Below, piece by piece: positions 1 to 12,870 of a stretch of 64,000 bases of DNA (its first letter is position 1; each line of letters starts with the position of its first letter). The translations under genes were made by a program, and so were the position numbers. Origin of the DNA: the human T2T-CHM13v2.0 reference genome, Homo sapiens; the NCBI RefSeq assembly GCF_009914755.1, contig NC_060930.1. One strand, 5' to 3'. The notes beneath the pieces are model-generated. The model worked only from the letters and a program-made list of their open reading frames with translations. It searched no databases and was not told the DNA's origin.

Positions 1-339
1 CAGCCATGGAATTCCAGACACTCCATCCCCTGAGAGGGGCTGCATTATTCCCAGTGGGGGCTCCTGGTGGGCCTGTCTTGGAGAGACCCTTCCCTACCTT
101 CCTCACTGTGCCTGCAGTCCCCAGGCTTGTGACTGCCTGTCTAAATGTAGTTATCAGGGGCGCCCTGGAGCCCTCAGGGGCCAGCCAATGGCCAGAGAGC
201 GACAAAGAGCACATTCCTCCCCTGAGCCAGGAAGGCTTCCTCGAGGTTGCACATGAGCATGGGCTGATTGCTGCTGTCTGAAGAGGACAGAGAATGAATC
301 ATTTCAAAGAACTTTCAAGCCACCAGAGAGAAAAAAGAA

Positions 340-540
340 AGAAAATCCTTTTCAATTTGCTCTCTTTCCTCCCTCTCCTTATTTTACCTGTCTTTCTCTC
401 TTCACCTCTCTTTCTACCTTTCTTCCTCTGGTTCTCTGTCTTGCCATCTCGCAGTCTCCTGCATGTCTCTCTGTCTGGCTCTGTCTCTTTTGCTGTTTCT
501 CCTGTGTCTCTGTCCCTCTTGTCTAGGTTTTCCTTTGAGG
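340..540. repeat. CT-rich low-complexity tract
   Basis: Long polypyrimidine (CT/CTCT/TGTCTC) run; explains the spurious Leu/Ser/Phe ORF 294-611. Confidence 0.7.
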
Positions 541-1879
541 TCGGGGATTACGCTGACTCTCCCTCTGGGTCCCTGACTCATTGTCTGGAATCAGGGACCA
601 CCAACAGGTGATAGCTGGAGAAAGGAGAGGTCACAGGAGTGACAGAAAACTGTCCAGAGTTGTTTCGGGGGGCAGACCCACTTCAGCCATCAGTAGAATT
701 GGGTGACATCCTTGGATTTGTGCGCCATCGCTGGGCTGACACTTAGGGTCATCTGGAGCGGAGAGAAGGGACTGTGAGCATGATGCTGAAAGGCTGGAGG
801 AACTCACCTGCCATCTTACCTGTTTTGCAGAAAACCATAAGCACTGGCTCTGATTTTCTAGCAGGCTTTGTTGCCCTACGGAATGGGATAGGGCTTGACT
901 CATGCCACTGCTGGGTGGCATGTATGGCCATGGTTGTGGGTAGGTGGCAACCCAGTGACCACTCTTTGTTTACAGCATGGAGAAATGGGCAGAGGAAACC
1001 CAGATGTCCCAGGGGCATGTCTCAGGCGGCCGGTGCCACTGCCCAGGGCTCTGTAGCCATGAGGCGCTGGGAGCACTTGCCCCGTGCTCCTTTTGAACAT
1101 TGCTTATGGAGGGGTGCAGCCCCTTGGGTGTCCTTGGAAAGCACAGGCGTATCACGGAGCAAATGAGAGCAGCTAGATGAAACCAGCGCCCATGCCTCGG
1201 TGACAAATCATGAGCACTACATTTTTATGAAAAATAGATCATTTAAAAATATTTTTCCTACTCGTGAAGCCTTATTTTTTCCTGCAAAGTACAAGTGTCT
1301 TTTCTATAATACCCTGACAGTGTATTTTAAGTTACAGCAAGTATTTTGAATAAGGCAGTCATCAAATTTCCACTCTGGAGGTTATTTCTAGAAGTTGTCC
1401 CCTGCTTTTATAAAGATAGCTCATTTCTTCTTGAAGTGACTCTGACTCTTTTTCATTTCTCTCTTTCTCTCTTTTAAAAGGCAGCACAACTGGCTAGCTC
1501 ATTATCCCTATTTCTGCACAATTAGGAAGGGCCCAGCACACTTTCACTTCAGAGTGATGTATTTCGTGGTGATGACTGATACTGGGGTTGACCAGAGAGC
1601 AAAGAGAGATGAAGTGCTGTGAGAAATCTCAGCAGAGGAGGAAGTGATCTGTCGAAGACGAGATGGAATTAGCCGAACGTTACTTTCAAACTCAGTGGCC
1701 TGGGATCCATCATGGGGCCAAAGCTGGCTCAGGCCAAAACAGTAGAGCAGCACATTTTGTTCTGAGTCTTGCCAGCCGCCTTCCCCACCACAGCCTCCAA
1801 TTTTGGCATTCCTTGCTTGCTTTATTCCTGAAGAGATATTGAATAGCTACCGTTTATATATTGTTAGGGCTTTACAAAG

Positions 1880-2190
1880 TTGTTTTTGTTTTGTTTTTCG
1901 TTTTTTGATACGGAGCCTCGCTCTGTCACCCAGGCTGGAGTGCAGTGGCACGATCTCAGCTCACTGCAAGCTCCGCCTCCCAAGTTCATGCCATTCTCCT
2001 GCCTCAGCCTCTCCCGAGTAGCTGGGACTATAGGCATGCACCACCGTGCCTGGCTAATTTTTTTGTATTTTTAGTGGAGACAGAGTTTCACCATGTTAGC
2101 CAGGGTGGTCTCGATCTCCTGACCTCATGATCCGCCTGCCTCGACCTCCCAAAGTGCTGGGATTACAGGCGTGAGCCACCATGCCCGGCC
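1880..2190 (-). mobile_element. Full-length Alu (AluY/Sc-like)
   Basis: Antisense Alu ending ...GTGAGCCACCATGCCCGGCC; diagnostic CAAGCTCC, GCCATTCTCC, TTAGCCAGG; T-rich tail at left; imperfect TSD TA(C/A)AAAGT. Confidence 0.95.
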
Positions 2191-2519
2191 TAAAAAGTAT
2201 TTTTTAAAAATAAGGTGCTGGTCCTTATATTGTGATGTTATAAAATGCCTCTGCCGAGGTCTGTTCTTAGAGAAACACAGGGCTCTTTGCTGTGGATATC
2301 TTCTATTTGAGTGGAAGGACAGGTCGACATGCGGCGGTAAAGGAAAGCCTCACCTTTTACTGCATGGTAGCAGGAACACATGATCAAACCCTCTACGTTC
2401 TTGGAGGGAGGAGGCCCAGGCGTCAGCCCCCGTGTTGGTATTGAATTCAATGTTCCCATGTGATGAGTCCATTGAGAGGAGAAAGTTAATTTAACTCGAC
2501 CGGACTGTACGTCAATGCC

Positions 2520-2830
2520 ATTAGGAAAACCACACTGCAAGAGTGAATGAGGCATCACGCCAACCCCGGGGAGTTGTCCAGACAAGGAGATAAAGCTTAT
2601 GCATGGGGAAGATACAAGATATACAATAGTAGGTGCCATAAGTAAGGCTCAGAGGGCTGTGGGGGCTTAGAGCAAAGGCAGAGGACAAGGGGAAGGATTT
2701 AAGGAGGAGGCGGTTTTTGCCTTGAGAACTCCATAGCATTCAATGGCCAGAGAGACAGGTTATGAATAACCTTGAACACCAGACTATGGAATTTGACTCT
2801 ATCTAACAGTGTAAGAGAAGGGATGCCAAA
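2520..2830 (-). mobile_element. Ancient L2-like fragment
   Basis: Degenerate antisense L2 3'-region motifs (CCTTGAACACCAGACTATGGAATTTGACTCTATCT). Confidence 0.45.
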
Positions 2831-3019
2831 TGCACTGTTGATGCGCCACAACTATCCTATCCCTGTACCTAACCACCTCCTACACAAAGCCAAGAAACAC
2901 CAGTGATCCATTGTGGCCCTTCTTCGTGGCCTGACTATGGCCTCAGAATCCAGATGTTCCTCAGTATATAAAAGCAAAAGGACCAAGTATCTTGCAGTAG
3001 CCACAGAGGTGCCTGCCTG

Positions 3020-3395
3020 CAAGCAAACCTTTTGCAGAGATCACAGCTGATTGAAACCTCCGGGAAGCTGCACCTCTGGATCCATCAGGGTGTTCGCACC
3101 TGGCCGCACTTCTGCCAGCTGCCTCCGGCCAACACTGAGCCTGGCAGTGGTGCTAGAAGTGGGCCATTCTTGCCCTCTGGGTGATTCCCTTTATGGGCAG
3201 CTTTGGCTCAAGGACTTGCCATCTGTCTGCCTAGGACTCGCTCAGGACTGCCATGAGATCTGGGGCTCTTCCTGTCCAATGCTCCTTCCCTCTCAGCTTC
3301 TCCTGCTCCCACCTCCTTAGGCTTCACAGGTGGCTATCCCCTAGAATCTCTTGCACTTTGAATTTTATTTCAGTATCTGCTTCTTGGAGGACACA
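3020..3395 (+). mobile_element. ERVL-class LTR (LTR16-like)
   Basis: TATGGGCAGCTTTGGCTCAAGGACT...GAATCTCTTGCACTTTGAATTTTATTTCAGTATCTGCTTCTTGGAGGAC resembles the LTR16 3' end. Confidence 0.6.
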
Positions 3396-3724
3396 TGCCC
3401 ATTACCAATTAATTGTGTCACATTTAAGTCTAAAACTTTTGCTATTCCTCTTCTTGAAAATGGGAAACCATGGACATTTGGGAGGCAGGGGGTGAAATGC
3501 TTAGTCTGTCCCTCAGCAGTGTGAGCAAAACGCATTTGACTAGAGTCAGGGAGGCAAATTAGGGTTACTGCTGTAATTCAGGCTGTGCACACCTGGACAA
3601 GGGTGGTGGCAGCGGGACTGGAAAAGAGGAGTGGCCACAAGTGACATAGCCACATCTGCCTCATCTGACTGCCATCTCTCCAATCAGCATGGAAAAAAAT
3701 GATAAACAATGGGTTTTTTTAAGG

Positions 3725-3850
3725 AAAGAACACTGACGTAGAGGTCAGGAAGCCTGGGCTCAGCTCCAGCACTAACCAGCCGTGCACCCCAGGAAATGAC
3801 AGCAGCTCTCTGAACTCAGCTTCCAACACCTGGAAATGGACAGGGAGGGG
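3725..3850 (+). mobile_element. MIR fragment
   Basis: CTCTCTGAACTCAGCTTCC...CTGGAAATGG core. Confidence 0.5.
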
Positions 3851-3904
3851 TGGGATGAGGTGATCTGGCAATTCACTAGTGTTCTCACATGCAGCCCTCC
3901 CCTT

Positions 3905-4580
3905 TTAACGTAACACAACATTTGCCATTTTAGTCATTTTTAGGGGTACAGTTTAGTGGCATTAGGAAAATTACACTGTAAGAGTGAATGAGGCATCACC
4001 CAACCCTCAGGAGCTGTCCAGAGAAGGAGGTGGAGTTTGTGCATGGGGAAGATACAAGACATACAATAGTAAGTGGTATTGGATGCCACAGTATCCACTA
4101 GATGGATGTTATGCACCCATCACCAACATCCATCTTCAGGACTTTTTCATCTCCCCAAACGAAAACTCTGTCCGCATGAAACACCAACTCCCCATTTCCC
4201 CTCCTTCCCCAGCAGCTCCTGGCCCTTCTCATGCTACTTTCCGTTGTTATGATTTTGACTACTCTAGTACTGCATGTACGTGGAATCACACAGTATCTGT
4301 CCTTTTGTGTCTGGCTGATTTCACTGAGCATAATGTTCCTCCATGTTGCAGTGTGTCAGAATTTCCTTCCTTTTCAAGGCTCAATAATATTTCATTGTGT
4401 AGATGACCACATTCTGTTTATCCATTCATCACTAAGAGACACTTGGATTTCTTCCACCATTTGGCTGTTGGGAATAATGCTGCCATTAACACGGGGGTGT
4501 AAATATCTCTTCCAGATCCCGTGTTTGATTCTTTGGGGTGTATACCCAGAAGTGGGATTGTTGGGTCACACGGTAGCTTG
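3905..4580 (-). mobile_element. Old L1M (L1MB-like) 3' end, interrupted by a local duplication
   Basis: TACAGTTTAGTGGCATTA...CCATCACCAACATCCATCTTCAGGACTTTTTCATC...TATACCCAGAAGTGGGATTGTTGGGTCAC. Confidence 0.85.
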
Positions 4581-5879
4581 CTGTTGTCTAAGCAGCGCTT
4601 TCCCAAACTTCCCAACAGAGCAGCCACACAGCCACTGTAAATGAGTGCAGGAACTAGTAACCGTCCAGTAGTGGCCAACATATCACGCTCTATTTTACGA
4701 ATTCACCCAGATTCAGCATTCTGCATCACATCATATCCTTGTTTGTTTATAAAAGTGTTGCTTTATACTACATTCCAGTGTAAGGAACACTTTGCTCTGC
4801 AGAGTCCAAAAAGCCCTGCTTCTCCTGTGGCTTCCCCGGGCTGGGCTGTGATGGCAGTGCCCAGCTGGACGAGCACCCAGAACAGGGTTGCAGTTAAGAT
4901 CCCGTCCAGCTCTGACACTCTCTGACTTAAAGCAACACCCCTCCCAGTGGCTTCTTCATTTTCAACAAAAGTGAAGTGAGCTCAGGACTCTTGCTGCCGA
5001 GCCAGGAGGCGTGAGTCACTAGCCATGGGAATTTCAGGCATCTGCGTGTGTGCGATGGCGGCTGGAAATGGAGAGGGAGCATTTCTAGAGCTGAAATGTC
5101 GCAGAGGCACAGCCCCCAGTGGGTCTGGCACAAAAGCAGCGTTATATCGAGAGGCCTGGCAGCGCTGCCTGGGCTTGTTTCCCAGCTCTTGCAGCTCTCG
5201 GGGGGTTCTAGAAGATCGTCCAGACTATGACTCATTCCTGTGTTACTGTAATAGAGAAAGAAGTAGGTGGCAGTGTGACATGGATTTCACGGAGAATTAG
5301 TGAGAAATCTGTGTCCACTCAAGCACATTTTATGTTGTCTGAATGTGAGGATTCTCCTTTGGGCTGTTTATGGGCAGGGTGGGAGAGAGATCGCAGAGGT
5401 GCAGTCATGGGCTTCCAGAGGCTTTTTACAATTCTGTAGTGGCCATGCTGGGAAGACGCCCTGAGAAGACACTGCGACTGTCCATGTGACAGCTGCGGGA
5501 GTGAAAGCCATTGGAAATTCCTCCAAACCCATTGAGCCAAGGCTGCCACTGCCATGTCCCATCCAGGTGAGGCTTTGGCCAGAGCTGGCTATGGACGGGT
5601 TTGCATTTCCCTGCTTTTGATTTCCCTGACAGTCTACGGTGGAAATGCCCATGGGGAGTGAGGAGATGGAAGAGAACACAAAGGCAGACAGGAAAGGCTG
5701 AGAAGGTTCTCCCATTGGACACATAGTCCTCAGATGCATGAACTGTCCCTTGAGAGAGAGGAGTGGGACTGTAGGTCTAAATTCACATCACTGTAAATTC
5801 CATTTGTATCTTCACGGGATGTGACGAGGACCATAATGTCAACGCTCTTGAGACGTCTGCCCACAGGTGCCCTCGTGCT

Positions 5880-6040
5880 GAAGCTTTCCCTCCCAGCTCC
5901 CATTTCAGGAATGAAGTGTTTCTTCCCCTAGCTGCAGCAGATGTCACCAGTGGACAGTCTTCAGTGGACAGCTCTCTTCTGGAAATACCCTAGCTGAAGG
6001 GAGCCAGTCTAAGCTGCACAGCTCTTCCTGATGCAGACTA
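5880..6040 (+). mobile_element. LTR16-like fragment
   Basis: GACAGTCTTCAGTGGACAGCTCTCTTCTGGAAATACCCTAGCTGAAGGGAGCC resembles the LTR16 5' part. Confidence 0.4.
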
Positions 6041-6641
6041 TACACCAGCCATGATGCCGAAGTCAACTTGCAAGTGGAGAGAGAAGGAATTCAGACCAGA
6101 AATGGACTAGGGTTCACAGCTGAAAAATACCAGTAGTGGCCATGAGGTAGGTTGTGTGAGCCACAGACCTGAGAGACACCGTGGGCAGCAGCAGGAGAGG
6201 CGGTGGTGACAGAGGCCAGCACCCCAGGCCCCTGGTCTGCAAACACCTCCAGTGAAGCCAGGGCAGAGTGGTGACCAGGCGCCATCCTCCTCCACTGTCA
6301 TGACAGCAGGTGAGACCTGGAATGTGTGTGCAACCCCACAGGGAGCCAGGATCAGGAACACTTGAATTCATTAAAGTAAAGTAACCCCAAACTGACAGAG
6401 AAGCCTTGAACTGAAAGAGAAATTACTTAATTGCCTGAGAAATAGCTAAATTTATTTTTGCACACCTGAGGCTTGTGAACAATCTGAACTTCATACCTGC
6501 TCCACAGTGTTTGCAGTTTAATCACTTCTTTCCTGCTTTTCATTACAACGGCAGGGGGAACAGAATAGGGTGCCAGGACAAGGCCCACAGACACAGCTCA
6601 GTAAGCTCTCCAGCTCTCCAACAAAATCCTACCTGCGAGGG

Positions 6642-7073
6642 TGTGGCAGCCATGGAAATGCCTTGCTCAAATCTCTCTGCAAGAGAAGCTTCTGTGGAGA
6701 ACACTGCTGACTACAGCCTCCAGCTGCTAAGCCTTGGATCCATCATGGCGGCCAAGCCAGGTCCCACCTCCCCAGGCTACCCAGAGAGGGTGCCAAAGCC
6801 AGGACTCTGGAGGATTCCTCTTCCTGGCAGCTTTGGCCCAGGGACTCCCAGTGGCCCAACTGGGACTCTCAGGGCTTCTGTGACATCTGAGGCTCCTCCT
6901 GACCATCCTTCTTCCCTCTCTGCCCTCACAGGGGTCGGACCCGCACTTCAGTCTGAGGGTCCTCCCTGCCTTCCTATGCTCCCTCCCCTTTGTCACCAAA
7001 TGTCTCCTCCAATAAACCTCTGGCATGTCTACTCTAGTCCTAGCATCTGCTTTTCAGAGCACCTAAACTGACA
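6642..7073 (+). mobile_element. Solo LTR16-like LTR
   Basis: Starts TGTGGCAGCCATGG, has AATAAA at ~7011, ends GCATCTGCTTTTCAGAGCACCTAAACTGACA. Confidence 0.7.
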
Positions 7074-7744
7074 AGGGAGAAGGAAGATGTTCCCTGGAAA
7101 GCACTCAGCATAAAAAAAACAAGAGATGGCCTGAGGATCTTGACTCGGGAATAGGCTTTGCTAGAGAGAGGCAGGGATCAGAGCGTAGTATGCCATCTTG
7201 TGTTTGAAGCCAGCGTTGGCCCAGCTCCCTGGACTCCTGTTTGGGTTCTGAAGTCAGAGGATGTGACAAAAACGTTCATCAAACTTTGCGACATGCTAGG
7301 GGGTGCCTCTCCACCAGAGTGTAACCCAAAGCGGGGGCATTCTCTCCAATATGGACACGAGTCCAGCTTGGAATCCCTAAGATCTCCCGGTTGATCTCCC
7401 AGTGTTCCTGGTGGGGGCTCCCTCCCAGGCCTGCAGCAGCCTTGGCAGGCAGAGCAGCTACCTGCAGGAGGGACCTGTGTGGAACAGCACTGGAGTGGCA
7501 CCTGTGACATCAGAACCAACTGACTGCTTGCTTGTTTGGTGGTTGCTGTTTTATTTTCTCTAATGACACCCCTCCAGCTTCAAAATACCATGGTTTTATT
7601 CCACGTAGGTCTTGCCTCCCTGACCAGACTGTAAGCTCCCTATGTCAGGGATTATATTTTCTGTGTTTTCATCCATTTCTAGGGACATCATAGAAATCCA
7701 GGATATACTGGTTGGCCATTGGTAGTTACATAATTGTCCAAATT

Positions 7745-8053
<309 letters not shown>

Positions 8054-8224
8054 TAGACCTTCAACTCTTTGTATAGTTTCATGTGCAAGGGCACTATATC
8101 AATACTGTTTGAGGATGGTTATTTTCCAATTGCTATTCCTCTTGATATGAAAGCTATGATGAGCAAGAAATTCAGAGATATAAAAAGAAATTGTTTTTTC
8201 AAAAGATGAATTTATCAACTCACG

Positions 8225-8780
8225 ATAACATACCAGGCATAGTGATGGGCTTTGCAGGGGGAATGATGACACAAAGATGAGCAGGACACAACCCCTGTCG
8301 TGCACTCATGTGGCCTGATGGGAGGGACAGGCATGAATCAATAGGTCTTATACAATAGGATAAGAGCTACAGAGTCTGGGGACCCGGGGGTTCTGACGGC
8401 ACAGGAAAGAGGGTGACTAACTTTATCTTGAAATCCTCAGGAACGCTCTGGAGAGGATTAGTAATTGAACTGGCTCTTGCAGGCTGAGTAGGTGTTTGCC
8501 AGTTGACAACAGAATGTAGGGGGAGGATGTCCAAGAAGAGGAGAGGAGGGCTTTACAAGTGCAGAAAGGCCAGGAAATCACAGTCTTCCCAGAATGTGTG
8601 GAAAGTGAGAGGCTTAGGGGCATGGCCAGCCATGGGCAGTGAAGCAGCTTAGCCCTAGGTTTTCAAGGCCTTTAAACACCACCCTTGGGAACCCAAACTT
8701 TGCCCTTGAGTTTGTTACTGTGGAGCCGTGTAACGTTCTGGAGGGTAGTCATATTTTATATTTCAGTTATGGAAACTTTA
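8225..8780 (-). mobile_element. L2 fragment
   Basis: ACATACCAGGCATAGTGATGGGC...GACACAAAGATGAGCAGGACACAACCCCTG antisense L2 3' pattern. Confidence 0.55.
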
Positions 8781-8884
8781 CTGCTTTATTAAATAGAAAA
8801 ACATCAATTGTTGGTTTTTTGCATACCTTACCAGTGTTCACTCAAAGACATGTTTCCTTGTTTATTTATTTATTGCTGTTGCAT

Positions 8885-9240
8885 TTTTTTAAACTTTTAT
8901 TTTAGATTCAAAGGTACATGTGCAGTTTTATTATATAGGTAAACTGTGTGTCAAAGGGGCTTGGTGTACACGTTATTTTGTCACCCAGGTAATAAGCATA
9001 GTACCTGATAGGTAGTTTTTCAATCCTCTCCCTCCTCCAACAACAGATATGGCCCCCTGTCTGTTGTTTCCTACTTTGTGTCCACTTGTACTCAACATTT
9101 AGCTTCCATTTTTAAGTGAGAACATGTGGTATTTGGCTTTCTGCTCTTGTGTTAGTTTGCTTAGGATAATGGCCTCCAGCTCCATCCATGTTGCTGCAAA
9201 GGACATGATGTCATTCTTTTTTATGGCTGCATAGTATTCC

Positions 9241-9275
<35 letters not shown>

Positions 9276-9836
9276 CACATTTTTTAAATCCAGTCTACCA
9301 TTGATGGGCATTTATGTTCATTCCATGTCTTTGCTTTTGTGAATAGTGCTTCGATGAACATACTTGTGCATGTGTCTTTATGGTAGAAAGATTTATATTC
9401 CTTTGGGTATATATCCAGTAATGGGATGACTGGGTTGAATGGTAATTCTATTTTAAGTTATTTGAGGAATCGCCACACTGCTTTTCACAATGGTTGAATT
9501 AATTTACACTCCCACCAGCAGTGTATAAGCATCCCCTTTTCTCCACAACCTCGCTAGCATCTATTATTTTTTTACTTTTTAATAATACAATTTCTGACTG
9601 GTGTGAGATGGTATCTCATTGTGGTTGCAGTTTGCATTTCTCTAATGCTTAGTGATGTTGAGCATTTTTCATGTTTGTTGGCTGCAAATATGTCTTCTTT
9701 TGAAAAGTGTCTGTTCATATGCTTTGCCCACTTTTTAATGGGGTGTGTTTTCTGCTTATAAATTTGTTTAAATTCCTGATAGATTCTGGATATTAGACCT
9801 TTGTCAGATGCAAGTTTGCAAATATTTTCCCTCCAT
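8885..9836 (-). mobile_element. L1 3' end (L1PA15/16-like)
   Basis: Antisense L1 3'UTR and ORF2 end (MEYYAAIKKNDIMSFAATWMELEAIILSKLTQEQK on -). Confidence 0.92.
9243..9273. repeat. (TG)n microsatellite inside L1
   Basis: About 15 perfect TG units. Confidence 0.95.
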
Positions 9837-10624
9837 TAAAGACGTTAAGTTTATAGAGATGGCCAATCACCCTCTGACTTTCAACTTAGAGATGAGATCA
9901 TTAGTTTGTTCCTCTTAAAAACATGTTAAATGGAAAAAGGGATATTTTTTTTTCCCAGAAAGAAAGAGGTCATTTTTCTTTTTTCAAGTTTATGGAGAGC
10001 ACTGTATTTAAACTGTCTTCTGAGTTTCCTGGCCGCATATCTAGGGAATAAGAGCAGTTTCCCAAGGATAGAAACGAAACAGTACTTCCTTTGTTCTACT
10101 TCTACTTGATGGGGGACACCCAGGAACTTCAGATGCTTTCAGTGGAGCTGGCAAGTCCCCATGGGGAGCCTGTTACGTGCCCGGCAGCCCTGTCTTCATC
10201 CACTGTTGTGCTCAGTTCCTGTTGGGAATCACTCTGTGGTGTGTCAGGTACTGCCAACACCAAAGTGCTGGGCTCAGCTATGGAGGCACCTGTAAACATC
10301 AGCATGCTGGCCACCACCCCCACCTCAGGATGCCCCCAACTCTGGGAGCATTACAGGTCTGTAATCAGCACCATAGAGTGTTAGAAACGGGTCTGGCTAG
10401 GGACATAAAAGAGGATTGCCAGACTAGGGACAGTTGTGACCAGAAGCAATAAACCTCCAGTGCCAGCAATTAGTTCATGGTTTTCTTCCACCCCACTTGC
10501 TGCATGGGAGCAAATGTGAGAAAGGCAGATGGCAGGGTTGGAGGTCAACTGGGCGAGCACAGCTGGACCAGGGAGGGAGGGAAGTTGCAGTGTTGTGTTG
10601 AAAGGGCCAAAGAACCCAGATGCG

Positions 10625-10688
10625 GAAGGAAGGAAGGAAGGAATGATGGAAGGAAGGAAGAAAGGAAGGGAGGGAGGGAGGAAGGAAA
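10625..10688. repeat. (GGAA)n/(GGGA)n simple repeat
   Basis: Five consecutive GGAA followed by interrupted units. Confidence 0.9.
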
Positions 10689-10922
10689 GCCAGGAGTGTT
10701 GTGTCAGAATGAAAGCATCTGTGAGGAGTGAGCCTGGAGTTGAAGAACTGGTTTAGTGAGAAGGAGGGCGTGGGAGAGGTGGAGAGGCCCTTGGGGTGAG
10801 AGATTTTATTTGTCATGGTTTAGATGCCCCAGATCAGAGAGGTGAATTTCACATATGAAGTATTGAGGTTTTAAGATGAAAAGTCAGCACATCAATACAT
10901 ACTTTGTATCTCCTTAGAATGT

Positions 10923-11301
10923 AATGTGGCACATATACACCATGGAATACTATGCAGCCATAAAAAATGATGAGTTCATGTCCTTTGTAGGGACATGGAT
11001 GAAATTGGAAATCATCATTCTCAGTAAACTATCGCAAGGACAAAAAACCAAACACCGCATGTTCTCACTCATGGGTGGGAATTGAACCATGAGAACACAT
11101 GGACACAGGAAGGGGAACATCACACTCTGGGGCCTGTTGTGGGGTGGGGGGAGGGGGGAGGGATAGCATTAGGAGATATACCTAATGCTAAATGACGAGT
11201 TAATGGGTGCAGCACACCAACATGGCACATGTATACATAGGTAACTAACCTGCACATTGTGCACATGTACCCTAAAACTTAAAGTATAATAATAATAAAA
11301 A
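10923..11301 (+). mobile_element. Young 5'-truncated L1PA (L1PA3-like) 3' end
   Basis: Near-consensus L1 3'UTR with G-tract and GGAGATATACCTAATGCTAAATGACGAG; 7-bp TSD AGAATGT at 10916-10922 and 11302-11308. Confidence 0.95.
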
Positions 11302-12769
11302 AGAATGTTTACTTTTTTGAGGTGTGCTCCAAAAACCACCCCCAGCATCTTAGGCTCTGGCTGACTGCTGCTCACCTGTGACCATCTCTAAGTCTGAATC
11401 CACATGGCTACACCGTCATGTTATCTGCAGTGCTGTTACTAAAAATGAGATCCTTTTCCTCATGTCCAAATCAGGGCTTCATCTGGATGGGGTCCCAGCT
11501 CTGGCACAGGCCAATGGCAGGAGAGTTCAGGGATGGGCACACCTGGCCGGCTGAGGGGAGCCTACAGCCAGGCTGGCCTCCCCAGCCTCTTCAAGTGCAG
11601 GGCCTGGCGAAGGCCTGCCCTCTTGGCACCTGTCCTGTTGGTCCTGGGACAGAGCCCACAGCTTGGGATAGTCCTGTGGGAGGGGGAGGTTGAGTCACTT
11701 TGCATCACATTCATGTCTCTGCAAATGCTGAGTCACCCTGGATGCAGAGCGAGAGGATGCTGTGGCTGCCTGCCGGGAACGTCTGAACTGGGCAGCCCTT
11801 TGCCATTGGCAGGAATGAGTGGGCGTGACGCATTCTCTCCAGTTCTGTGCCTTAGTCACCAAGGTCACTAGATTATGTGTGTCATGCGAGGGAGGCGCAT
11901 AAAGGGCTGGGAAAGGTGGCAGGCTGCGGTGGGGGAGAGAGAAGGGCAGGAGCAGGCTTGTGTTTCAGATCTCAGCTTTCCTTAGCAAAGGGAGCTTCAG
12001 CTTTTCCACGCCCTCTCTGTGTATTCTTTAATTTTCCGGTCTCCCCTTAAGATGACTTTGCAGTTAATCAGGCTTGAATCTTCACGGTCTCTTGTTGCTA
12101 CAGGATGAAGTTTCAGTTCTTAGCCTGGCATTTAAGGGTCTACAATTTGGTGGCCCAGCCATCATGTCCTGGGAACAGCTCTGGCCCTGGAGAGGAAGCC
12201 TCTCGAGGCTGTCACAGTTTGGTTCTTCTTTCCCAGGACAATCCTCCACTGCTCTCCTGGCCAGCTGCCTCCTCCAGCCAGCCGGCCCTCTCCCTCCCTG
12301 CTCTTCCCAAGTCCCAGGCTCAAAGTGCGGCTCACATCCCTCCTTTCCCTGAGCCTTCCCAGACAGCCAGCCCCACAGTGGCCTCCTTCCATTCTCGAAG
12401 CCTTTGGTGGCACTTCATGGCAGAGCCAGGGTAGAAAACAGGGACGATGAGACTTACAAATCTGAGCTCAAATTCCAGATCCTTCTCTGACTTGCAGTGT
12501 GATCTTGTGCAAGACACAAAACCTCCTGGCCCTTAGATTTCTTCTTCTGCTACAAATGATCAGAGGTTCATGAGGGAAATGGAACTTAGTGTCTGAGTGC
12601 TGGGCACAAGGTAAGGACTCAATCAGTGCTGGCCCCGCCTCTTTTGCTCTCACCGCCTCTTACTTTTTTATGACTTCTTTAGCATCCATTATATCCATGT
12701 ATGTTTATATTTAAAGTTATTTTATTATGTGTGTGTATACTGATTCCCTAATTGAATTGATTGTGTGTT

Positions 12770-12870
12770 TTCATTCATTTTTTGAAAGAATTTTTGTGGA
12801 GAGTCTATTATGTTCCACAGCTTGTGCCAGACACTAGGGAGTCAAAGGGGGAAAGATGCTGTTCCCAACA
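12770..12870 (-). mobile_element. L2 3' end
   Basis: TTCATTCATTT...GAGTCTATTATGTTCCACAGCTTGTGCCAGACACTAGGGA. Confidence 0.5.

Noticed and set aside
6475-7071. Longest ORF in the track (198 aa)
   Set aside because: Lies mostly in an LTR16-like repeat, starts at GTG, is Pro/Ser-rich and has no recognisable domain
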